Positions 56,732 to 64,000 of a stretch of 64,000 bases of DNA are shown here, in pieces; positions within the stretch are counted from its first letter, which is position 1; every line of letters begins with the position of its first letter. The stretch is from Candidatus Latescibacterota bacterium (GTDB lineage Bacteria; Latescibacterota; UBA2968), in NCBI GenBank assembly GCA_965204375.1, contig OZ241986.1, positions 5,888,001 to 5,952,000 on the forward strand, given 5' to 3'. The translations under genes and the position numbers were made by a program. Below the pieces are notes generated by a model that made no database searches, was not told the origin of the DNA, and worked only from the letters and a program-made list of their open reading frames with translations.

Positions 56732-56754
56732 GAGGTTCTCCTTTTTATATGGGC

Positions 56755-58413
56755 TTATGCATTGTGCCAGGCGTCTTCCCAGGGCGTACCTTCGAGCGAT
56801 TCTGCGGCGATATCTCGGGGATCGCGTTTGAGCACTTGTTCTTTATATTTTTTGATGCTCAGTTTGTCGGACGATAAGGAGGTTTCTTTGCCGATGGCGC
56901 GGGTAAATGCTTCGGCGAAAGTTTCGATGCTGTCTTTTTCATCGTCGGGCAAGCGTTTGGGCCAGGGGCCGTCGTTGAGGTTGACCGTGCGGCATTCTTC
57001 TTCTGTGGGAATGCGGGCTGGACCGGGATATGAGCGCAGCCTATCGCCGTCAAGTGAATTACTCAGGCCGTGCTGGCGTTCCCAGGCGATGATTTGATTG
57101 CGAAATTTTGCCGCCAGTGCGGGGCGTTCGGCGATGAGGTTGTGCTGTTCGTGTGGATCATTTTCAAGGTCGTAGAGTTCTTCGATTCCGCCGTGGGCAA
57201 AGAAGGCATATTTGTGTTTCTGGTTGCGCGCTGAAATCCAGCGTCTTTTGCCCTTGCCGTAGTCTATAATTTCTAATTCTCGAGGCTGGGACAGGCCGCC
57301 ACCTGTTGCGCTCAGGAGATTCGCCCCTGGCAATGGGCCATGTTCTTCTGGGTACTGGAGGCCGAGTTCTTCAATGAGGGTGGGAAAGAAGTCGAGCAGG
57401 CTGACGAGGTCATCGCGTTGTTGCCCCGCCTGTGTTTTGCCGGGCCAGCGGAGGAGATATGGAATGCGGACGGAGGATTCATAAGGGCAGTTTTTTTGCG
57501 AAAGGCCGTGTTCGCCCATCATTTCACCGTGGTCTGAGACAAAGAGGATGACGGTGTTATCGGATAGGCCGAGGGTTTCGAGTTCATTCAAAATGCGACC
57601 GATGCCGTCGTCAACATGGGAGATGAGGCCATAGTAAAGAGCGCGCAGGCGGCGCAGGCGGTCTGGATCGCGATGGGCACCATCCAGACGTCCGCGGCTG
57701 CCGTAAAAATTGGGGGGCAGAGTTTCGATAGGGCGGTCGGCAAAGGGCGGAAGTTCCATGTCGGCGGGGTCGTACATGTCGTCGTACGGTTCGCAGGGTG
57801 CAAAGGGCGGATGCGGCGATATCCAGGAACTCCACAGGAAAAAGGGTTGATTGGTGCGGTAGCGCGTGTGTTCGCGGAGAAAGTCAATGGATCGGTCGGC
57901 GACCCAGGTATTTTTGTGGTGTTCAACAGGTATGCCACAGGTTTGGGGCTGGAAGAAGAGCAGATCGCGGATGCCTTTGGGAAAACGGGTGCGAACACCG
58001 TTTTCTCGCAGGTAGCGGAGGTAGTCGTCATTGACCCGGTGATCGATGCATTCTTCCATTGTGAGGAGATTTCGGAAGCCGTAGTGCCGACCGTGAAAGT
58101 GCATTTTCCCAATGCCCTGCGTCCAGTACCCGGCGCGCAGAAGAAGCGTCATGATCGTGGGAAGTTCGGGTAAGGGACCAGGTAGCGCACTGTTGTCTGT
58201 CCAGTGGTGTCGGGACATTCTGTGACCGGTGATAAAACTCATGCGTGCGGCAACGCAGACGGGGGTGGGCGTGATGGCCTGTGCAAAGCGAATACCTGAA
58301 CTGGCGAGTGCATCGAGGTTGGGCGTGCGGATTGTTGTATTTCCAGCGCAGCCCATGGCATCTGCGCGCTGCTGGTCGGTCATGAGGACGAGAATGTTGG
58401 GGCGATCTGGCAT
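56755..58413 (-). CDS. sulfatase family hydrolase
   Basis: [18 protein letters not shown] (CxAxR), GKMH, PHPP, SDHGE, ELYDL..DP.E. Confidence 0.92.
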   Translation of the reverse strand: MPDRPNILVLMTDQQRADAMGCAGNTTIRTPNLDALASSGIRFAQAITPTPVCVAARMSFITGHRMSRHHWTDNSALPGPLPELPTIMTLLLRAGYWTQGIGKMHFHGRHYGFRNLLTMEECIDHRVNDDYLRYLRENGVRTRFPKGIRDLLFFQPQTCGIPVEHHKNTWVADRSIDFLREHTRYRTNQPFFLWSSWISPHPPFAPCEPYDDMYDPADMELPPFADRPIETLPPNFYGSRGRLDGAHRDPDRLRRLRALYYGLISHVDDGIGRILNELETLGLSDNTVILFVSDHGEMMGEHGLSQKNCPYESSVRIPYLLRWPGKTQAGQQRDDLVSLLDFFPTLIEELGLQYPEEHGPLPGANLLSATGGGLSQPRELEIIDYGKGKRRWISARNQKHKYAFFAHGGIEELYDLENDPHEQHNLIAERPALAAKFRNQIIAWERQHGLSNSLDGDRLRSYPGPARIPTEEECRTVNLNDGPWPKRLPDDEKDSIETFAEAFTRAIGKETSLSSDKLSIKKYKEQVLKRDPRDIAAESLEGTPWEDAWHNA

Positions 58414-58417
58414 GGTA

Positions 58418-59914
<1,497 letters not shown>

Positions 59915-59970
59915 CTATAGTGAAGTCGAGAAAGTTGATGAGGATTATTTTCCCTCTTTTGAGTCGAATA

Positions 59971-60006
59971 CAAAAATCCCCTTGACGCAGACACATCAAG
60001 GGGATT
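59971..60006 (-). terminator. intrinsic terminator/attenuator in the guaB leader
   Basis: 11-bp stem AATCCCCTTGA/TCAAGGGGATT with short U-tract on the minus strand, between promoter and guaB. Confidence 0.75.
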
Positions 60007-60104
60007 CAGGAGGCAGGCACAGTTACACACTCCGCTCTGAGGCCTGGCGGCGGTGTAAACCGCCGTTTTTTGCGACAACAATAAGTGTAAAACTTCTGGT
60101 GCAT
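60006..60104 (-). CDS. putative 32-aa guaB leader peptide
   Basis: GGAG upstream of ATG; [32 protein letters not shown]; stop abuts the terminator stem. Confidence 0.5.
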   Translation of the reverse strand: MHQKFYTYCCRKKRRFTPPPGLRAECVTVPAS

Positions 60105-60139
60105 GATGGTGGTTCTCCAAATCGCGACTATATTTGCCA

Positions 60140-60168
60140 AATATACCGCTTCTCTTTTGTTCTGTCAA
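60140..60168 (-). promoter_or_regulatory. sigma70 promoter for guaB
   Basis: TTGACA-N17-TATATT on the minus strand. Confidence 0.8.
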
Positions 60169-60406
60169 TATGCGTGAAATAGAATTTTGTTCTCAAAGGT
60201 CTCTGGAAAAGGGGTTGACATCGGTCTTTACGGCTTATATTTTACTTTTAATTAACTCAAACTTCTAATATTACTCTTAGTTAATTAGTCACCTTACATT
60301 TTTAAAACTGAGATAATTAACACTTCTCATAAAACATTGTTGCAGCGTTGGATATACCGGGAACTCTATTGATTTGTATTTCGTTTAATTTGAAGCAGAT
60401 TTTGGC

Positions 60407-60435
60407 TTGACAGGTTTTTTTTCATTCATTAGATT
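60407..60435 (+). promoter_or_regulatory. sigma70-like promoter for the TPR-exbBDD-tonB operon
   Basis: TTGACA-N17-TAGATT. Confidence 0.6.
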
Positions 60436-60558
60436 CTTCAGCCCTGATACCTGTAATCGCAATGATTTTTGGATATAAATTATTCTCAACAGGGAAACGG
60501 CCTGTTATGTGTCGTTTTCTGCGAATTTTCATCCCTATATAGTATGGAGATTGGGACC

Positions 60559-61755
60559 ATGATTTTAAATTGGAAATTCCGATCTGGTTTTTTGGCTTTG
60601 TTTGGCAGTTTTTTTATTCTGGGTACAGCGTCACTTTGTTTTGCCGAAGATGGCGAACCCGAGATGACACAGGCGGATTCTCTTAAGAAGGCCAGTCAAC
60701 ACCTGTCTTTTGGTGCTCGATATCTCAAGAGCAAGCAATATGAAGACGCCGAAACACAATTTTTGAAATCATGGGGTTTTAATCCCAAAAGATCAACAAC
60801 AGCTCGATATCTGGGTAAGTTGTACGAAGAAATAGAAAAATACGAAGATGCGATTCAGTGGTATCAAAAAGCTGTTGAACTTGACCCCAAAAGCAAATAC
60901 ACGAAGATCGCACACATCGCATTGGCACGCATCTATATTATACAGGAACAGCCCGATAAAGCCATTGGGAATTATGAAGCGTTGCTGGGATTTAACCTCA
61001 CGGCAGAGGAAAAAATTAAATATTATCACGCGCTGGTCAGTTTGAATGTTGAAATAGAAGAGTACGAACAAGCATTGGAGTATGCCAAAAAGTGGGGTGA
61101 ATTGGCTCCCGATGATCCCGAAGTGCGGGATATGATTGGTAAATTACATCTGCGAACAGGCGGCGAGGACGAAGCTCTGGCCGAAATGGAAAAAGTGCTG
61201 GAGATAAATCCCGATGATTATGCTACGCTGGAAAAATTGGCGGGTATGTACGACCGAAGAGGCGATGATGATAAAGCCTTTGATGCCTTTGAAAAATTGT
61301 ATCAAAATGATGATTCGAGTATCTTCTTTTTGGAAGAGACCATTAAATTGGGCAAGAGGTTGAGTAAATCCAAAAGCTGGGTGGTTGGTCGGCTTGAAAA
61401 ATTATACGACATGGATCCCGAGAATTTGGGGGTGATCGAAGAATTAGCCGAGTTGACCGGGAGCCTCAAATGGGTCAATAAAGGTCTGAAACAAGACCCA
61501 AACAACGGTCTGTACCCCTATATGAGGGGCAACCATTATTTTAACAGGTGGGAAAATTCAAGTGCAAAACAGGATTCGATCAATGCCTTGATATGGTATA
61601 GAAGGGCGTTGAAAGACCCGCAGTGGAAGGGCAATGCCAACGCAATGATCCTGACACTTGATCCACCCCTGACAGAAGAAGAAAAGAAGCGTCGAGAATT
61701 TTTTGAGGGTAGTAAAAAGAAAAAGGAGGAGGTGGAAACAGAAGGTAAGAAGTAA
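60559..61755 (+). CDS. exported TPR repeat protein
   Basis: Signal peptide; multiple TPRs (YLGKLYEE..KYEDAI.WYQKAVELDP). Confidence 0.88.
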   Translation: MILNWKFRSGFLALFGSFFILGTASLCFAEDGEPEMTQADSLKKASQHLSFGARYLKSKQYEDAETQFLKSWGFNPKRSTTARYLGKLYEEIEKYEDAIQWYQKAVELDPKSKYTKIAHIALARIYIIQEQPDKAIGNYEALLGFNLTAEEKIKYYHALVSLNVEIEEYEQALEYAKKWGELAPDDPEVRDMIGKLHLRTGGEDEALAEMEKVLEINPDDYATLEKLAGMYDRRGDDDKAFDAFEKLYQNDDSSIFFLEETIKLGKRLSKSKSWVVGRLEKLYDMDPENLGVIEELAELTGSLKWVNKGLKQDPNNGLYPYMRGNHYFNRWENSSAKQDSINALIWYRRALKDPQWKGNANAMILTLDPPLTEEEKKRREFFEGSKKKKEEVETEGKK

Positions 61756-61815
61756 AAAGGCTTTGTGTTGTTAATCCATTTTTCGCAATTCATAACCTAA
61801 CCTGGGAGATGTGGC

Positions 61816-62436
61816 ATGGTTGATCTTTTTATTAAAGGCGGAAACTTTATGTATCCGTTGCTGGTGATGTTGTTTTTTGGTGTTGTGGTGATGATTGAGC
61901 GCTTTTACACGCTTTTTAAGGCACATATCAATGCCAAAGAGTTTATGGTAGAGCTTCAGGATGCCCTCAAGCAGAATGGGCCAGAAGGTGCTGCCGAGTT
62001 GTGTTCCAATACGCGCGGCCCGGTCGCCACGGTGTTGCACGCAGGGCTGTTGCGTTTGGATCGCGGTATTGAACATGTGGAAAAGTCGATTGAAGAATCC
62101 GGCGCTATCGAAATGGCGTTTCTCGAGCGTGGTCTCGTGTGGCTTTCCACGGTCGCAAATCTGGCACCTCTTGTCGGCTTCCTTGGCACTGTGTCGGGTA
62201 TGATCCGGGCTTTTAACGATATTGCCGCTGCTGGCGATGTTGATCCCAGTGTTGTGGCCGGTGGTATTTCTGAAGCTTTGATTACAACAGCTTCGGGCCT
62301 GGTGGTTGCTATTCCAGTACAGGCTGCATACAATTTCTTCCTGTCAAAGATTGACAAGATCATCATCGATCTCCAGGAAAGTTCCAATCAATTTGTCGAT
62401 GACCTGATTCAGTTGGGCTACGGCAAGGAGGACTAA
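61816..62436 (+). CDS. exbB: MotA/TolQ/ExbB proton channel
   Basis: APLVGFLGTVSGMI.AF, GISEALITTASGL. Confidence 0.9.
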   Translation: MVDLFIKGGNFMYPLLVMLFFGVVVMIERFYTLFKAHINAKEFMVELQDALKQNGPEGAAELCSNTRGPVATVLHAGLLRLDRGIEHVEKSIEESGAIEMAFLERGLVWLSTVANLAPLVGFLGTVSGMIRAFNDIAAAGDVDPSVVAGGISEALITTASGLVVAIPVQAAYNFFLSKIDKIIIDLQESSNQFVDDLIQLGYGKED

Positions 62437-62439
62437 AAC

Positions 62440-62844
62440 ATGGCCCTTCAGAGACGCGAAAAATCTTCACCTGAAATCCCCACCGGGTCTATGGCTGATA
62501 TCGTGTTTTTGTTGCTGGTGTTTTTTCTGGTGACGACCACGATGAACCAGGATAAGGGTATTGGTATGCACTTGCCTCCGCCGGGCGAGTCCAAGAAAAT
62601 CCAGAAGAAGAACATTTGCAACATCTGGGTCAATGTCAATGGGGATATTCTCATCAATTTGGAACAAAGTGTGCCGTTGAATATGCTTCGAGCAGATATT
62701 GAGCAGCGATTGGCGCAAAATGATAAGCTGATCATTTCATTAAAGGCAGACGAAGAAACGCCCTATGAGCAATTCATTGATGTGCTCGACGAGATTAAAT
62801 TGTCAGGGGCAGATAAAATTTCGCTCGCCTCGCCCAGTGAGTAA
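62440..62844 (+). CDS. exbD: ExbD/TolR family protein
   Basis: SMADIVFLLLVFFLV. Confidence 0.9.
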   Translation: MALQRREKSSPEIPTGSMADIVFLLLVFFLVTTTMNQDKGIGMHLPPPGESKKIQKKNICNIWVNVNGDILINLEQSVPLNMLRADIEQRLAQNDKLIISLKADEETPYEQFIDVLDEIKLSGADKISLASPSE

Positions 62845-62859
62845 GTTCAGGAGGTTTTC

Positions 62860-63267
62860 ATGAATTTTAAGAAAAAAGGTGGTGTCTCACACAGCATCCC
62901 CACCGGGTCTATGGCCGACATTACTTTTTTGCTGCTCATTTTCTTTATGGTATCTACGGTTTTTGTCCGCTACCGCGTGACGGGCATTATTATGCCCAAG
63001 GCCGAAAAAATCGAAGAACTCAAGAAACGTCGTCACATCAACTATCTATGGGTTTCTGCTGATCGCAAAATCTATATTGACGACAAGCTGGCGAATCTCG
63101 ATCAGATAGCCGGGATTTTTTACGACCGCCGCCTCAAAGATCCCCGCATGGTCGTATCACTCAAATGTGACTACCGCGCGCCTTATGGATTGATCAGCAG
63201 TGTGATGGAAGAATTGCGCAAGGCCGATGCGCTACGCATCAACTTTGCGACCAACCGAGAGGGGTAA
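62860..63267 (+). CDS. exbD: ExbD/TolR family protein
   Basis: SMADITFLLLIFFMV. Confidence 0.9.
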   Translation: MNFKKKGGVSHSIPTGSMADITFLLLIFFMVSTVFVRYRVTGIIMPKAEKIEELKKRRHINYLWVSADRKIYIDDKLANLDQIAGIFYDRRLKDPRMVVSLKCDYRAPYGLISSVMEELRKADALRINFATNREG

Positions 63268-63270
63268 GCT

Positions 63271-63918
63271 ATGGCAATGATTCGGGGAAAAGCACCAGAA
63301 GCCGATTTGCGACGTTCTTACAATAAGGTTTTTGGATATTGCACATTGATCACGTTTGTCCTGCACACCGCCGTGGCTGTGATTTTTCCAACTTTTGAAG
63401 CCTCTGCGAGTGATCGCAAGAAGAAACAGATCATTATTGAAAATGTGGATATTCCAGAAACCCGGCAGATTAAACGTCCACCACCGCCGCCGCGACCTGC
63501 TGTGCCAATTGAAACAGAGAGCGACGATGTGCCCGACGACGTGACTATTGAGAGTACAGATCTCGATTTTGACGATGCAATGGTCGATATGCCGCCGCCA
63601 CCGCCACCGGGTTCATACGAGGAAGAAGAAGAAATCCTCGAGTTTTATATGGTTGAGCAAAAACCAAAAGTCATTCATCAGGTAAACCCTAAATATCCCG
63701 AAATCGCCCGCAAAGCCGGGTTGACTGGGAAAGTGTTTTTGAAGTTTTTGGTTGATAAGAATGGTCGAGTAAGCAATGTGAGCATACTTAGAGGTCAAGA
63801 AATTTTCCGGCAAGCGGCGATTGATGCTGTTTTGCAATTCAGGTTTGAACCAGCCCAACAAAATGACAAACCGGTTTCTGTTTGGATGACACAGCCGATG
63901 TCTTTCCGCTTGAACTGA
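63271..63918 (+). CDS. tonB: energy transducer TonB
   Basis: TM with His, Pro-rich linker, PKYPEIARKAG..G.V...F.VD..G TonB_C. Confidence 0.92.
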   Translation: MAMIRGKAPEADLRRSYNKVFGYCTLITFVLHTAVAVIFPTFEASASDRKKKQIIIENVDIPETRQIKRPPPPPRPAVPIETESDDVPDDVTIESTDLDFDDAMVDMPPPPPPGSYEEEEEILEFYMVEQKPKVIHQVNPKYPEIARKAGLTGKVFLKFLVDKNGRVSNVSILRGQEIFRQAAIDAVLQFRFEPAQQNDKPVSVWMTQPMSFRLN

Positions 63919-63936
63919 GGTGGCTATTTTGTTTGC

Positions 63937-63973
63937 AAAAGGCCATTGTGCAGGGCGTACAATGGCCTTTTTT
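63937..63973 (+). terminator. intrinsic terminator
   Basis: AAAAGGCCATTGT..ACAATGGCCTTTTTT. Confidence 0.85.
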
Positions 63974-64000
63974 GTGTAAATATGTAAACAATACTTGACA

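Noticed and set aside
59960-60135. Purine, ZTP or ykkC-type riboswitch, or 6S RNA, before guaB
   Set aside because: I could not match the conserved cores by eye; not fully excluded without an Rfam search.
60559-63918. TPR-exbB-exbD-exbD-tonB as a novel system
   Set aside because: Duplicated exbD with tonB and a TPR gene is a common arrangement in FCB-group bacteria.

Overview
Bacterial chromosomal window, about 50% GC. The gene content (several PhyH dioxygenases and Gfo/Idh/MocA oxidoreductases, a sulfatase, dockerin/EF-hand proteins, TonB-ExbBD) suggests a diderm heterotroph of the Latescibacterota/Poribacteria sponge-symbiont type; this taxonomy is inference only. The main feature is a ~11 kb minus-strand envelope-stress operon (36057 to 25206): pspA, a TM/winged-helix protein, three PspB-like paralogues, a small TM protein, an ECF sigma, NfeD, flotillin, a soluble TPR histidine kinase, a receiver-domain PspF-like sigma54 activator, a membrane PP2C and thiI. 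It is preceded by a near-consensus sigma54 promoter and two enhancer-like palindromes, and looks like a phosphorylation-controlled, hybrid Psp system. Mobile and accessory DNA includes an IS1380 splitting an RDD gene, a TA cassette inserted into the 3' end of the same gene with a 28-bp direct repeat, a tnpB-only IS200/IS605 element with a structured leader, further TA pairs, a Fic gene and an AT-rich ATPase + putative nuclease pair. Also present are a uORF/terminator leader ahead of guaB, REP-like palindromes, short tandem repeats overlapping stop codons and several deletion pseudogenes. No CRISPR array, rRNA or tRNA was seen. All protein family calls are from motif recognition by eye, not database searches.
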